A stretch of DNA of 55,725 bases from positions 1-55,725 of IMG/VR virus record IMGVR_UViG_3300046001_005126; one strand, written 5' to 3'. Both the position numbers and the translations under genes were made by a program. Source of the DNA: a virus. Lineage: Duplodnaviria; Caudoviricetes. This document shows positions 8,703 through 18,947 of this stretch, piece after piece (position 1 is the first letter of the stretch; every line of letters starts with the position of its first letter). The notes beneath the pieces are model-generated. The model saw only the letters and a list, made by a program, of their open reading frames with translations, was not told the origin of the DNA and did no database searches.

Positions 8703-9923
8703 ATGGCGAATCGCCAACTCACGAAAAAGGTTGTTGACGCTTACAAGAAGCACGGCGAGCAGGTCTTCGAAGAGTTCGACGAGGCTCTTGAGTCAAAGCA
8801 GGTCAAGCCTTTCGACATCGACTTGAACTACTGCGTTGAGCAGGATTTCGGGCCAAACTTCAAAGAGAAGATCCTGAACATGGATGCTGATGCGATGGAA
8901 GCCATCGTGACCAGCGGCACGTTCAACAAGATGGTTCAGCGAACCATCCGCTACTCGCTGCAGGAAAACCCTCGTGAAGAGTACAAGCTCTCAGCGATTA
9001 CTCCTGTCGAGACTCGTGGTGAGTGCGAAGAGTCGTTCAAGGACTGGGGTGTCTTCAGCGACATGAAGGCCCACGAGTTGTGCGAACTTGAAGCCAGCCC
9101 GCTGTACGGTGTTGCCAGTGATTATCTGGAGCATCCGAACGGCAAGACTGTTGGTCTGGGCCTTGCGTTCACTCGTGAAGCACTCTGCAAAGATCCGAAT
9201 GGATTCGCATTGCAGCAGGTTCCGAAGATCGCTGACGCTCACAACCTGTACCGCGAAGAAAAGTTGGTTGACGCTCTGATCGGCTACAACGTGACCTACG
9301 ATCGCAGCGGAACTCTGTACGACATCTTCTACGAAGATGGCGCGACAGGCACTCCGTTCGACGACGGTTCAGGTGGACCTTGGATCAACGCAGCTTCACT
9401 GACTTTGACCTGCGGCGAAGACCTGCAGACTGTCAAGAACCTGTTCTACGACATGACGGACTTGGTTCACGGTCGCCCGATGTCGGTCGACGTGACGAAT
9501 CTGAACGTGTTCACGAGTCAGCGAACTCGAGACCGGATTCTGCCATTGCTGAACGCGACCAGCGTTGAGCGAGAATCAACCTGCCCGGGATCAGGCGACC
9601 TGACTCACTTCTTCATGACTCCGGAAGTCGCCAATGGGATGACTTTCGCTCCTGTCGAATATCAGCGACTGACTTCTGCAATCGCGGCTCGGTACAGCTT
9701 GACGCTGGCTCAGGCTCGTGAATGGATCTTCTTCGGCAAGATTCCTGAGTTCATGGCGTGGGTCTTCCAGATCCGCCCGACGGTCACACGACTGAACCTG
9801 AGCGAAGAGTCTCAACGTCGTCGAATCGTGGCTCAGTACGACAGCATCAGCAAGGGATACGCTTACATCAAGGAGCCACAAAAGGCTGTTTGGCTGACCG
9901 GCGATTCCAGCGAATCAACATAG
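8703..9923 (+). CDS. Major capsid protein
   Basis: 406 aa at the canonical position with a terminator downstream; GLGLAFTREALCKD resembles Mu gpT-like capsid motif. Confidence 0.85.
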   Translation: MANRQLTKKVVDAYKKHGEQVFEEFDEALESKQVKPFDIDLNYCVEQDFGPNFKEKILNMDADAMEAIVTSGTFNKMVQRTIRYSLQENPREEYKLSAITPVETRGECEESFKDWGVFSDMKAHELCELEASPLYGVASDYLEHPNGKTVGLGLAFTREALCKDPNGFALQQVPKIADAHNLYREEKLVDALIGYNVTYDRSGTLYDIFYEDGATGTPFDDGSGGPWINAASLTLTCGEDLQTVKNLFYDMTDLVHGRPMSVDVTNLNVFTSQRTRDRILPLLNATSVERESTCPGSGDLTHFFMTPEVANGMTFAPVEYQRLTSAIAARYSLTLAQAREWIFFGKIPEFMAWVFQIRPTVTRLNLSEESQRRRIVAQYDSISKGYAYIKEPQKAVWLTGDSSEST

Positions 9924-9948
9924 TCTGCGGTGAGCAGATGACGCATCG

Positions 9949-9983
9949 AAGAGCGACGGCGAGTGATCGTCGCCGCTCTTTTT
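9949..9983 (+). terminator. Rho-independent terminator after capsid gene
   Basis: aagagcg.cggcga-gtga-tcgtcg.cgctctt plus T run. Confidence 0.8.
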
Positions 9984-10011
9984 GTTTCCAGTTCCTGAAG
10001 GAAGGTGTAGA

Positions 10012-10275
10012 ATGGCAAGTAGCACGATGTGGGCTGTTCGTTGTCCTGGCGGGCCAACGAAGGTTGTGAAGTCGAAGAAACCGATCAGCGAGAACACGGT
10101 CAAGGAAGCTTACCTTGAGTCGTTCTCAAAGATTCGGACGGAAGTCGACAAGGACAAAGAGTTGAAGTGGCCAATCCTGAAACCGATTGACGAGACGGAA
10201 TTCCAGAAGGAATTTGCACAGGTTTGTGCCCCGTCTCCGAGCAGTGGTCGGGAATGGCGAATCGTTGAAGTCTAA
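10012..10275 (+). CDS. Hypothetical protein (head module)
   Basis: ATG after gaaggtg; in structural operon. Confidence 0.65.
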   Translation: MASSTMWAVRCPGGPTKVVKSKKPISENTVKEAYLESFSKIRTEVDKDKELKWPILKPIDETEFQKEFAQVCAPSPSSGREWRIVEV

Positions 10276-10286
10276 GGAGATCTACG

Positions 10287-10595
10287 GTGGCAAGCTGTCT
10301 TTCGTGTGAAGAGCTAGAGCAGAAGATCTGTGATCTTTCGGAAGAGATCACAGCAGCCTCCTGCACGGCATCGATCACGAAAGAGGGCGACACCTCCGAG
10401 GACAGAACTCCGGGACTGAAGGCCAAGATTGAGGTTCTGAAGACGTACAAGGATTTGTACGCTACGAAGAAGTGCGGCTCATCGAATGACTTGTTCGAGT
10501 TCATTCATGTGCCGTGCGTGACTCCGGTAAGCTGTATCGGTGATGTCTGCATTTCGACTCCGTTGATTCGGAGGAATCGCAGGTATCGCCGATGA
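10287..10595 (+). CDS. Putative head-tail joining protein, Cys-rich
   Basis: taaggag RBS; position and size similar to gpW-like adaptors. Confidence 0.55.
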   Translation: MASCLSCEELEQKICDLSEEITAASCTASITKEGDTSEDRTPGLKAKIEVLKTYKDLYATKKCGSSNDLFEFIHVPCVTPVSCIGDVCISTPLIRRNRRYRR

Positions 10596-11275
10596 GCGAG
10601 TCAGAATCTGAATCGTGTTGTCTTGAGATCCCGTGCGGATGCACGAGTTGGCTGACAGCATTCTGTGACTATGTTCCGCTGACTTTCGAGTATTGCGGAG
10701 AGACGACGCAGTTTCTGTCGGCCAGATCGAAGGGCGTGAAGTTCGAGGCGACGAACAATCACACGAACGTGCATATGAGTGATCGGATCTTCCGTGTGTC
10801 AACTCAGGAGAATCCGGTCGAGGTCGGCGCGGGAGCAGTGATTACGGATGCTGATGGTGCGGAGTGGGTCGTTTACGCGACTGAGTATCTGACATCGTTC
10901 TGTGTCTGGAAGTTGTGGGCTCGGTCGGTTGCGGCGTGTTTCCTGCTGACGGAGACGATCGATGTACTCGAAGAAGACTGTGAGGACTGCGACTGCAGTC
11001 AGGAAACGGTTTACCGGCGAGTTGCGAGAGTCAAGGGAAGCATCTACGCAGAGACAGGGCAGATTCAGTCGAGGAACGACGGGCGAGATCTGGTGTACCA
11101 ATATTCCGGAGATCTGGTCAAGTGGCCTCTCAGTGACAAACCCTCGGCCAGACATCGACTGAAGACGAAGACAGGCTCTTATAAGATCACGAGGGTGTCG
11201 GATCAGGGGAAGTTTGTCCCGTTCAAAGTTGGATTGGAGAAGGAAAGTGCTGACTGCTCGGTACGAGGATCATAG
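10592..11275 (+). CDS. Putative head-closure protein, Cys-rich
   Basis: Positional; beta-rich, apparently two-domain; ATGA coupling. Confidence 0.55.
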   Translation: MSESESESCCLEIPCGCTSWLTAFCDYVPLTFEYCGETTQFLSARSKGVKFEATNNHTNVHMSDRIFRVSTQENPVEVGAGAVITDADGAEWVVYATEYLTSFCVWKLWARSVAACFLLTETIDVLEEDCEDCDCSQETVYRRVARVKGSIYAETGQIQSRNDGRDLVYQYSGDLVKWPLSDKPSARHRLKTKTGSYKITRVSDQGKFVPFKVGLEKESADCSVRGS

Positions 11276-11750
11276 CGATCGGGTGATCGAGATGCTGAAC
11301 AGGAAGCTGACTGCTTCGATCAGGGCTGCAGCGGAACACTTGGCGGATGCTTACAAATACGGGCTGCAGTTGGATGAGTCTCCGGAGCATTCTCCTCCTA
11401 ATCAGATACCTCATCGATACCTCGGTCACGCGAGAGACGGTTATGGTCCTGTAAACGGAGAAAATGAACCAAACAACACTCCACTTCAGGGATTCAGCGG
11501 GACTCAGACAGACTTTCTTGCAACTTACATTGACGGTGGAGCAGATGATGTTTTCGGGGTGGTTAATGGCTATGTGGGATTCCTTCCAAGTCACGTAACC
11601 AGAAGAGATCAGAACTACCTTCTTCAATGGGACCAAGGTACAATCCCGCGAAAGCTAGGCGTAAGGCGACCATGGGTCGATGAGATTTATGATCGCAATA
11701 AGGGTTACATAAAGGCCGATGCGAAAGCAGCCTTCGAAGGAACGAATTGA
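11247..11750 (+). CDS. Putative neck/tail-completion protein (HK97 gp10-like)
   Basis: C-terminal GT...RRPW motif; position. Confidence 0.6.
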   Translation: MLTARYEDHSDRVIEMLNRKLTASIRAAAEHLADAYKYGLQLDESPEHSPPNQIPHRYLGHARDGYGPVNGENEPNNTPLQGFSGTQTDFLATYIDGGADDVFGVVNGYVGFLPSHVTRRDQNYLLQWDQGTIPRKLGVRRPWVDEIYDRNKGYIKADAKAAFEGTN

Positions 11751-11911
11751 TGAAGTACATTGTTTACGGCGCAGGATCTCCAATTGAGGTGGAAGCCTTG
11801 AGTCCGGAGATCGCTGAAGCCGTCGTGATCCGAGATCATGGAGTGGCACTTGAGAATTTGGTTGTCGTAAGGAAGTCAGATGTCATGTTGCATCGAAGAC
11901 GCAGTTCTTGA
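11750..11911 (+). CDS. Hypothetical protein, 53 aa (not in ORF track)
   Basis: MKYIVYGAGSPIEVEALS...; TGATG coupling fills the gap between neck genes. Confidence 0.5.
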   Translation: MKYIVYGAGSPIEVEALSPEIAEAVVIRDHGVALENLVVVRKSDVMLHRRRSS

Positions 11912-12314
11912 AACCCTCCGGGGTTTGAATTGCACGACCATCAAGAGCGAGAATCACTTTCTGAATGAGAAGCGATGTTCGGATTGTCTTCCGTATGTCG
12001 TGGTCAAGATCGATACCCAGTCTGGGCTGCGGACATCGTCTGCAGTCCAGAAGAGTCACACGGTGGATCTGAAGGCTTACTTTTCTGACACGATGCAGAA
12101 GAAGGCTCAGGAATACCGTGCTCTGGTCGAGGACTGGCTGTTCGCAGCCGGCTGCGTGACTCTTGGGAGTTGCGGGTGTTTTTGCCAGCGAGGGAACGCA
12201 AGTTCATCGATTCGCAGTGGCACTGGTGGCGTAATCGTTTACAGTCTTGTTTTTCGTGGGACGTACAAGCAGTCGGAGTCTTCAGATTCCGTATCCGCGT
12301 CTGAATCTGTTTGA
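11880..12314 (+). CDS. Putative tail terminator protein
   Basis: LPYVVV motif, 144 aa, directly before the tail tube gene. Confidence 0.65.
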   Translation: MSCCIEDAVLETLRGLNCTTIKSENHFLNEKRCSDCLPYVVVKIDTQSGLRTSSAVQKSHTVDLKAYFSDTMQKKAQEYRALVEDWLFAAGCVTLGSCGCFCQRGNASSSIRSGTGGVIVYSLVFRGTYKQSESSDSVSASESV

Positions 12315-12326
12315 TGGAGAGTTGAA

Positions 12327-12791
12327 ATGCCATTTTCTGCTGGTGAACTGTGCTGCCCATCGGAAGCCTGCGTGTTGCTGGATACGACTGCTGCCGAGAG
12401 TTCTGCGTCGTGGGACACGATCCCGCACGTAACTCGCGTTTCATTCACGAAAACTTCTGCGGTCAAGAAGCTCGTCACGTCGTCAACCGGCGGCAATGAA
12501 AAGACAGCCTGCGGAACAGTGACCAGCGCTGGCAACCTTGCGATTGCCTGTCACGACGGGACTGCTCCGCTTCCGTTTGCGATCAACGGCATCTACCACA
12601 TCATGTGGTCGGTGAACTGCGACAACATTCTGGAGTCACCGTCAGATCCGTACTACGAAGCGAACATTCGCATCGTGTCGGTTCCGGTTGACTTTGACAT
12701 CGCTGGGAATTCTCCGGTGGTTTACAACTATGGGTTTGAAGTGGATGAGTGGCTGCACGAGCCAACGACACAAACTCAGGAAAATCAGTAA
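12327..12791 (+). CDS. Major tail (tube) protein
   Basis: 154 aa, Thr/Ser/beta-rich, directly upstream of the frameshifting chaperone pair. Confidence 0.7.
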   Translation: MPFSAGELCCPSEACVLLDTTAAESSASWDTIPHVTRVSFTKTSAVKKLVTSSTGGNEKTACGTVTSAGNLAIACHDGTAPLPFAINGIYHIMWSVNCDNILESPSDPYYEANIRIVSVPVDFDIAGNSPVVYNYGFEVDEWLHEPTTQTQENQ

Positions 12792-12805
12792 TTGAGGAGT
12801 GAGGC

Positions 12806-13300
12806 ATGATCTCAGTCGTTCTTGGCGGAACAACGATTGAGGTGAGGCCGAAGAGATTATTGAACTACGTTGAGAAGCTCGAGCACATCAAGTCTCGTCG
12901 CGACAAACCGTGGAATCTGATCTCCGGCTTCCCCAAGGATATGACCGAGGAGAATTACAAAATTCTCGTCGGGATAGCGATGAAACAGGTTTACTGCAAT
13001 TCTTCAGCGGTTTCGATCGAGGAAGAATTGCAGTACGACCGATCGCTGGAAGGCTTTTTCTTCGACGTTTGGCGATGCAACAAGCGGAAGATCAAGACCG
13101 GCAAGGGACTGCGTGACGAGACGTGGGAGGAAGGGATCCAGCGAATCAAGGATCTCTGGGACCGCGCGACTCCGGAGGCACAGGCCCAGTTGAAACTGGC
13201 GTTGTTTGCGACGGACGAGTCGAACACGCTGGGAAACTCAGATGGCCCGAGCGAACAAAGCCAGACGCTGGGGCCACAAAATCCACAACCATCACCGTAG
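12806..13300 (+). CDS. Tail assembly chaperone (G-like)
   Basis: Between tail tube and tape measure; carries slippery GGGAAAC at 13231-13237. Confidence 0.8.
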   Translation: MISVVLGGTTIEVRPKRLLNYVEKLEHIKSRRDKPWNLISGFPKDMTEENYKILVGIAMKQVYCNSSAVSIEEELQYDRSLEGFFFDVWRCNKRKIKTGKGLRDETWEEGIQRIKDLWDRATPEAQAQLKLALFATDESNTLGNSDGPSEQSQTLGPQNPQPSP

Positions 13301-13452
13301 AGAAGAAAGCTCCGGTGGATGTGGTTGACGGAAATCGCTATAAGATGCTGGCGCTCGCAGTGACAAAGAACTCCGGGATCGGACTCCGGGAGGCAATGAG
13401 TCTGTCATTGGTTGAGGCTTATCTTGCGTTAGGAGCGACGATCAGTGGCTGA
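13231..13452 (+). CDS. Tail chaperone -1 frameshift extension (GT-like)
   Basis: G-GGA-AAC heptamer in frame LGN; the -1 frame (KLRWPERTK...) is open to 13452 and overlaps the tape-measure start. Confidence 0.8.
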   Translation, partial: GKLRWPERTKPDAGATKSTTITVEKKAPVDVVDGNRYKMLALAVTKNSGIGLREAMSLSLVEAYLALGATISG

Positions 13453-16021
13453 CGGCGACGAATCACTGCTGGACGTGTTTGTCAACATTCGTCCGGATCC
13501 GAACTTTCAGGACATCATCCGCACGTCAGCGAATGAGGCAATTGCCGAGTACGCTCGCATCTTCTCCACAGCGTCCATCCCATCTCCAAGACTCGGCCCT
13601 CCGAATGTTAGTGGCGGCGGAACGGGAGGCGGAGGTGGGGGGAATGCTGGAGGCGGAGGAACTGGTGGCGGCGGTCGAGGAACGCTCGCCCAGGAATACC
13701 GTGACGCGGCCAGAGCCTTGGAAGATCTCCAGCGAAACCTGCGAACAGTCAGTCGAGAATCATCGCTGAGTGGGATTGTGCAGTTCGACGACGAGGTTAA
13801 GAGACTGCAGGACCAGTTGTCGGACTTGGTGCTGAATGTTCGCAGGCAGACTCAGGACAGAGACCTGCTTGGCATTCAGGCGAGCCTGCAGTACGTCGAA
13901 CCATTGCGGCAGGAGATTCTGCGAGTCTTCCAAGACGTGTCGAATCAAAGGCCGCTGAAGGAGCAGTTTGATCTGGAAGTCGGTCGCGGGCGCGAGGCAA
14001 TTAGCGAAGGCCGAATCACGAACAGGCTTGAGGCATCGCTGGTGCGTGGCTTGCCGTCTGCTGAGATTCGAAGAGCAATTGCGATTGTTCGGTCGGAGAT
14101 TGAACTTGCTGAAGCTGATGTTCGCCGACTGTCTGCAGCGTTCAACGGGACTTCTGAAAGCGTCGAAAACCTTTCTAACGCGACACAGATTCTTGCCCTG
14201 AGAAATCAGGAACTGAAGGAGGTCTATCAGCAGGCCCAGCAAGTATCTCAGTCGATGAATACACTGAGCAACAATGCATACCAGTTGGGGCAAGCATTTG
14301 AGGACTTCTCTGTTGGATTCAGTCTCAATGGGTTTGCTGGTGGTATTCGCGGCGCTGCGAACAACCTCGCATTCCTGCTGAATGATATGTCAAGGCTTGA
14401 GTCGGTCCAGAAAGCACTTCCGGCTGGATGGGCCAAGCAGCTTCCATTGATCGCTGGTATTGGTTCAGCGCTGGCGATTGTTGTTCTGCCGAAAATCGTC
14501 GAGTGGCTCGAGTCGCTGAATGATATCGAAGGCAAATTCGCAGACATTTCGGAAGAGTTAAGAACGTCATTCGAGGACATTGAGTTTGACGTTAAGTTCA
14601 ACACTGATAATGCCGCACTCGAGAGGGCGTTGGCGACATCCAGTTCAGTTCTGGACGTGCTAAGTCAGATTCGAGATCTTGATTTTGAGTCGAAGCAAAA
14701 AGGGAATGCGATCAAGGATTTGTTTGAGGGAATCAATCAGGGCACTCGATTCGAAGAGTCTGGATTGTCTCAGATAAACTCACTCGCAACTCAGTTTGAA
14801 AACGCGATTGCTGCACAAGACGCGATCCTTCAGGAAAAGGCAAGACGCCGCCGACAGCTTCGAAACGCTGACTTTCCGGTTCTGGAACCATTTACAGTTC
14901 TCGGTGAAGGATTTTCTGACTTAATCGGGTTTGGAACTGCTGAAGGAAATCTCGCATTAGTCAAAGAGTTGAAGACAACTCTTTTTACAATGCAGAGAGA
15001 AATAAACGCAGCCTCAGAAGAAGCACTGGGAGGACGAGGAACAGCAGAAACATTTGTGAGAGCCCAGAATTCAATAGCGACGTTCAGGAAGACGATCGCT
15101 GAGAATATTGGACTGCTTGATATGGCAGATGACAAAGCACTTGAGTCGTTCAATAACACAATCGGTGTTCTTGAAGAGGCTTTCAAGAAAAGTGAGGCGA
15201 TCGCCAGAGAGCAGGAGAACATCATTAACAACAGCCTCGAAATCGCATTCGGCGCTGCTACGGTGAAGGTCCGCGAACTTCAGGATCAGCTTGATCTGTC
15301 GAGAGCAGTCGCACTGAAAGTAAATGTCGACTTCGATCTTGATCTTTTGGCGTTGGACGCTCAGATAAACGAAGGCCGAAGCATTCTTACGGATTCGATC
15401 AAGGCAATTCGGGATGCTGTTCCTGCGACACCAGAGAGAGAGGCCGGAATAAAAGTTCTCGAGGAGGAGTTCCGTGTTCGTTCGTTGCTTTCTGTTGAGC
15501 AACTACAATCGACTAATCTCAAGGAGCGTGAGAAGATCGAGGAACGAATCCTTGAGATAAAAGAACGTCAGCGACAGTCGGCGAAGTTCACGAACCTTGA
15601 AGAGTTTGCAAGAAGTCTGCAGATCAACGCATTGTCAGGATCGGACGAAGAGAAGCGTCGAAAGAAAAGGCTCGCGGACCTTCAGGACGAACGAAATCAG
15701 AATCTTGAAGACTTCAAGAGAATCACTGAGGCCCGCGACTTAATCGAGAATGGAAGGGCGTTCGGCGATGTGGCTACTCGACAAAGAACTCTGGAAGGAA
15801 CAGGGACCGGATTCATGCCGTTCTTCCTTGAGATGGCTGCTAAGTATGCAGAGAATGCGATGGATCTGAAAAGAGCCGACGGAGGCCAAGCAAAGCCTGA
15901 AGAGATAAAGAACGCGATCTCAGAAGGAGTCAGAGAAGGTATGAAAGCCATCTCTGATGGTTTCGGAGGAAAGACTGTCGACGCGCTGGGTAAATTGAAG
16001 GGTGTAGCGGTGGCACAATGA
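13445..16021 (+). CDS. Tape measure protein
   Basis: 858 aa helical; AYQLGQAFEDF lambda-like TMP motif, hydrophobic segment, Gly-rich linker. Confidence 0.88.
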   Translation: MADGDESLLDVFVNIRPDPNFQDIIRTSANEAIAEYARIFSTASIPSPRLGPPNVSGGGTGGGGGGNAGGGGTGGGGRGTLAQEYRDAARALEDLQRNLRTVSRESSLSGIVQFDDEVKRLQDQLSDLVLNVRRQTQDRDLLGIQASLQYVEPLRQEILRVFQDVSNQRPLKEQFDLEVGRGREAISEGRITNRLEASLVRGLPSAEIRRAIAIVRSEIELAEADVRRLSAAFNGTSESVENLSNATQILALRNQELKEVYQQAQQVSQSMNTLSNNAYQLGQAFEDFSVGFSLNGFAGGIRGAANNLAFLLNDMSRLESVQKALPAGWAKQLPLIAGIGSALAIVVLPKIVEWLESLNDIEGKFADISEELRTSFEDIEFDVKFNTDNAALERALATSSSVLDVLSQIRDLDFESKQKGNAIKDLFEGINQGTRFEESGLSQINSLATQFENAIAAQDAILQEKARRRRQLRNADFPVLEPFTVLGEGFSDLIGFGTAEGNLALVKELKTTLFTMQREINAASEEALGGRGTAETFVRAQNSIATFRKTIAENIGLLDMADDKALESFNNTIGVLEEAFKKSEAIAREQENIINNSLEIAFGAATVKVRELQDQLDLSRAVALKVNVDFDLDLLALDAQINEGRSILTDSIKAIRDAVPATPEREAGIKVLEEEFRVRSLLSVEQLQSTNLKEREKIEERILEIKERQRQSAKFTNLEEFARSLQINALSGSDEEKRRKKRLADLQDERNQNLEDFKRITEARDLIENGRAFGDVATRQRTLEGTGTGFMPFFLEMAAKYAENAMDLKRADGGQAKPEEIKNAISEGVREGMKAISDGFGGKTVDALGKLKGVAVAQ

Positions 16022-17217
16022 GCATGTACAACGATTACGATTTTGATGTCATCGCAGTTGATCCGTCTGGATTCCTGAGTTACCAGTCTGGTAAGGCATC
16101 ATCATCGCTGAAGTTTGTTATGTCCTGTGAGCATGCCGAGGAGTTCGCACTACGGCAGATGGGCAAATTCTGGACTTCCGCTGCGCCAAGTCCTGTGCTT
16201 CCTGTGCCGTTTCCATTCGACAACCTCACTGATCAGCCGCGAGGCTATGGGCGAATGAACCTTGTCGCAACAGGGTTTTCAATTGAGCCAGTGTCTGCCG
16301 CGTGCTTCGGCAACAATCTTAGCGCCCCGAGGGCTCCTGTTGGAGATCCTGCAGACATCGATACGATGGCTTTGTACTTCACTCCCTCTCCGGAACCAGA
16401 AGAGGAGCAGCCAGACAACTCCTGCTGCGAATGTATGGTGACTCTGACATACGAGGAGAATCCGTGTGACTGCTGCGGGTACGACCAGAATTCTTTGAGC
16501 CCAACGTATCGGCAGTGGGTCGCTAATGATGAGATCTTGCCGGGGACGTGCATTTCCGTTGAGAGAAATCCAGCCTACGAAATGCTGACGCTTCCGAACG
16601 GAAATCTAATCTGGAAAGATCTTCCATCATCGACAGAAGACGAGCAGATCGCAAGGCAGTTGAAATCTGATTCGTATGCGTACAAGATTATTCCAAAGGC
16701 TGACATCATCGTCAGTTGGCACAACGTCCCGGTCAGGAATATTTGTGCAATTGAAAACCACCTGAGAAACTTCAGGGGAACAGTAAACGACTTGGCATGG
16801 GGCGACGTGCTTCAGTGCGATGCGGCTCCAGTTGCTCCAACGGCATGCGGGTGTGGCCAGTACGAGCCAGAGACGATCATGTTCATCGACTATCAGGAAG
16901 ACAGATCAAGGAGGACCGATGCGTTTGGCGGAAACTTCCTGAACTCTGGCGACCCTGCAAATAACATGAATACGACGACTCTCAAGCTGATCTTCAAGCA
17001 GAAGCGAATTGAGATACCCAATTCAGAGACATACTCTGACAGCAACGGCTGTCCTGACGATAATGACGAAGCCTATGGATGGAACCATCTGTTCTTCGAC
17101 AGAAACACTGAAGACGACTCTCCTGGCGAATGGATGCGTGTCGCCGTTGACAACGCAACAGAAGATCCGCTCTTTCCGCTAAAATCATTCTCTGACATAT
17201 TCTACCCAGTCCTATGA
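16018..17217 (+). CDS. Tail tip / distal tail protein, Cys-rich
   Basis: Follows the TMP with ATGA coupling; GTVN...W, GWNH motifs. Confidence 0.65.
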   Translation: MSMYNDYDFDVIAVDPSGFLSYQSGKASSSLKFVMSCEHAEEFALRQMGKFWTSAAPSPVLPVPFPFDNLTDQPRGYGRMNLVATGFSIEPVSAACFGNNLSAPRAPVGDPADIDTMALYFTPSPEPEEEQPDNSCCECMVTLTYEENPCDCCGYDQNSLSPTYRQWVANDEILPGTCISVERNPAYEMLTLPNGNLIWKDLPSSTEDEQIARQLKSDSYAYKIIPKADIIVSWHNVPVRNICAIENHLRNFRGTVNDLAWGDVLQCDAAPVAPTACGCGQYEPETIMFIDYQEDRSRRTDAFGGNFLNSGDPANNMNTTTLKLIFKQKRIEIPNSETYSDSNGCPDDNDEAYGWNHLFFDRNTEDDSPGEWMRVAVDNATEDPLFPLKSFSDIFYPVL

Positions 17218-18947
17218 CAACACCAAAGCGATGGACTCCCGGAGATCCGATCACCGCTGAACGCCTAAACGCGACGATCAGCGAATCTGTTCGTCCGCGC
17301 CGAGACATTTCACTTGGTAATGGGTCATCGCTGGTCAATGAAACTCTTGGGAACCAGTCGGCCACTGAGAGGCACCAGCAGATAAAACTGGTTGTCGCTG
17401 TGACGGACTTCGCGATTTCCGGGACTCCGACAGACATCGCAGCATGGCCCGACGACATTCCGTCCGGACTGGTTAAAGAAGTCCGACTGAACCGCAGGTC
17501 AGGAACTCATGGGCAAGACGACTCTAATAAATCCTTCCGCGCCTACGACGCTGTCGGCGGATTAAATGGAGGGATTTGCCAGACGGGGACAACCACAAAC
17601 CCTGCCAGCGAGTCATCGACAACGGCAGCCAGCAAGTTGGCATGTGACGTTTTTTATGTCTTGTTCAATACAGCATCAAAGAGATGGGAAGTCATTGAGG
17701 CTGGCGGGCGCACCCATGAAATCTGGTTCACTATTGACGAGGTGCAGAGAGAACAGGAATGCGAAACAACCCTGATTGTCCGGCCAACTTACTACACAGG
17801 GGGATGCTCTACAGGGATTCCCGGCGAGGATCAGGACGGGCTGATCACTGTCACAGACCCATTCAGAACTCTGGAACAATACTCGGAAGAGTTTCTACTT
17901 GCTGCGACAGGACGTGCAACGTGGATGTATCCACGCACTGGCAACGGTTCCAGTAGTTCATCCGCTGAATCAACGAGCAGTTCTTCAGGTGGTGAGTGCG
18001 ATCCAGTCTGGATCGTGGACATTATCTACGAAGCTGTAATATGTGCTTCGTCGAGTTCATCATCGAGTAGTTCGTCATCCAGCAGCAGTTCGTCCTCAAG
18101 TAGTTCGTCCTCAAGTAGTTCTGCATCCAGTTCTGCATCCAGTTCTGCATCCAGTTCTGCATCCAGTTCTGCATCCAGTTCTGCATCCAGTTCTGCATCC
18201 AGTTCTGCATCCAGTTCTGCATCCAGTTCTGCGTCCAGTTCTGCGTCAAGTTCTGCGTCAAGTTCTGCGTCAAGTTCTGCGTCAAGTTCTGCGTCAAGTT
18301 CTGCGTCTGCTTCTGCGTCTGCGTCTGCATCCGGAAGCAGTTCGTCATCCGGAAGCAGTTCTGCATCCAGTAGCAGTTCGTCATCCAGCAGTTCAGCATC
18401 CAGCAGTTCAGCATCCAGCAGTTCAGCATCTAGCAGTTCAGAATCTGATTCTGTGTCTGGTTCGGTGTCTGGTTCGGTGTCTGGTTCGGCGTCTGGTTCG
18501 GCGTCTGGTTCGGCGTCCAGCAGTAGTTCGGCGTCCAGTAGCAGTTCGTCATCCAGCAGTTCAGCATCCAGCAGTTCAGCATCCAGCAGTTCAGCATCCA
18601 GCAGTTCAGCATCCAGCAGTTCAGCATCCAGCAGTTCAGCATCCAGCAGTTCAGGATCTGATTCGGTGTCTGATTCGGTGTCTGGTTCGGTGTCTGGTTC
18701 GGTGTCTAGTTCGGTGTCTGGTTCGGAGTCCAGCAGTAGTTCGGCATCCAGCAGTAGTTCGGCATCCAGTTCGGCATCCGCATCCAGTTCGGCATCCGCA
18801 TCCAGTTCGGCGTCTTCCGAATCCGGATCATCTGACTCATCGGCAAGTTGCAATCTTGTTTTGATAGACGTAACTTTCGACTCCGTGACGTGTTCGCTGG
18901 TAAAGACGTTCTGCAACCTGACTACAGGCGAAATAACAACAGGGTAG
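17214..18947 (+). CDS. Tail protein with long serine-rich repeat region
   Basis: N-terminus PGDPITAERLN resembles tail-associated proteins; ~265 aa Ser/Ala/Val/Gly repeat; short Cys-containing C-terminal cap. Confidence 0.8.
   Translation: MTTPKRWTPGDPITAERLNATISESVRPRRDISLGNGSSLVNETLGNQSATERHQQIKLVVAVTDFAISGTPTDIAAWPDDIPSGLVKEVRLNRRSGTHGQDDSNKSFRAYDAVGGLNGGICQTGTTTNPASESSTTAASKLACDVFYVLFNTASKRWEVIEAGGRTHEIWFTIDEVQREQECETTLIVRPTYYTGGCSTGIPGEDQDGLITVTDPFRTLEQYSEEFLLAATGRATWMYPRTGNGSSSSSAESTSSSSGGECDPVWIVDIIYEAVICASSSSSSSSSSSSSSSSSSSSSSSSSASSSASSSASSSASSSASSSASSSASSSASSSASSSASSSASSSASSSASSSASSSASSSASASASASASGSSSSSGSSSASSSSSSSSSSASSSSASSSSASSSSESDSVSGSVSGSVSGSASGSASGSASSSSSASSSSSSSSSSASSSSASSSSASSSSASSSSASSSSASSSSGSDSVSDSVSGSVSGSVSSSVSGSESSSSSASSSSSASSSASASSSASASSSASSESGSSDSSASCNLVLIDVTFDSVTCSLVKTFCNLTTGEITTG
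18048..18845 (+). repeat. Coding tandem repeats (12-nt SASS, 15-nt SASSS, 12-nt SVSG units)
   Basis: tctgcatccagt, tcagcatccagcagt and tcggtgtctggt arrays; all unit lengths are multiples of 3. Confidence 0.95.

Noticed and set aside
18048-18845. Possible CRISPR array
   Set aside because: Repeats are head-to-tail with no unique spacers and lie in frame in a CDS; no cas genes.
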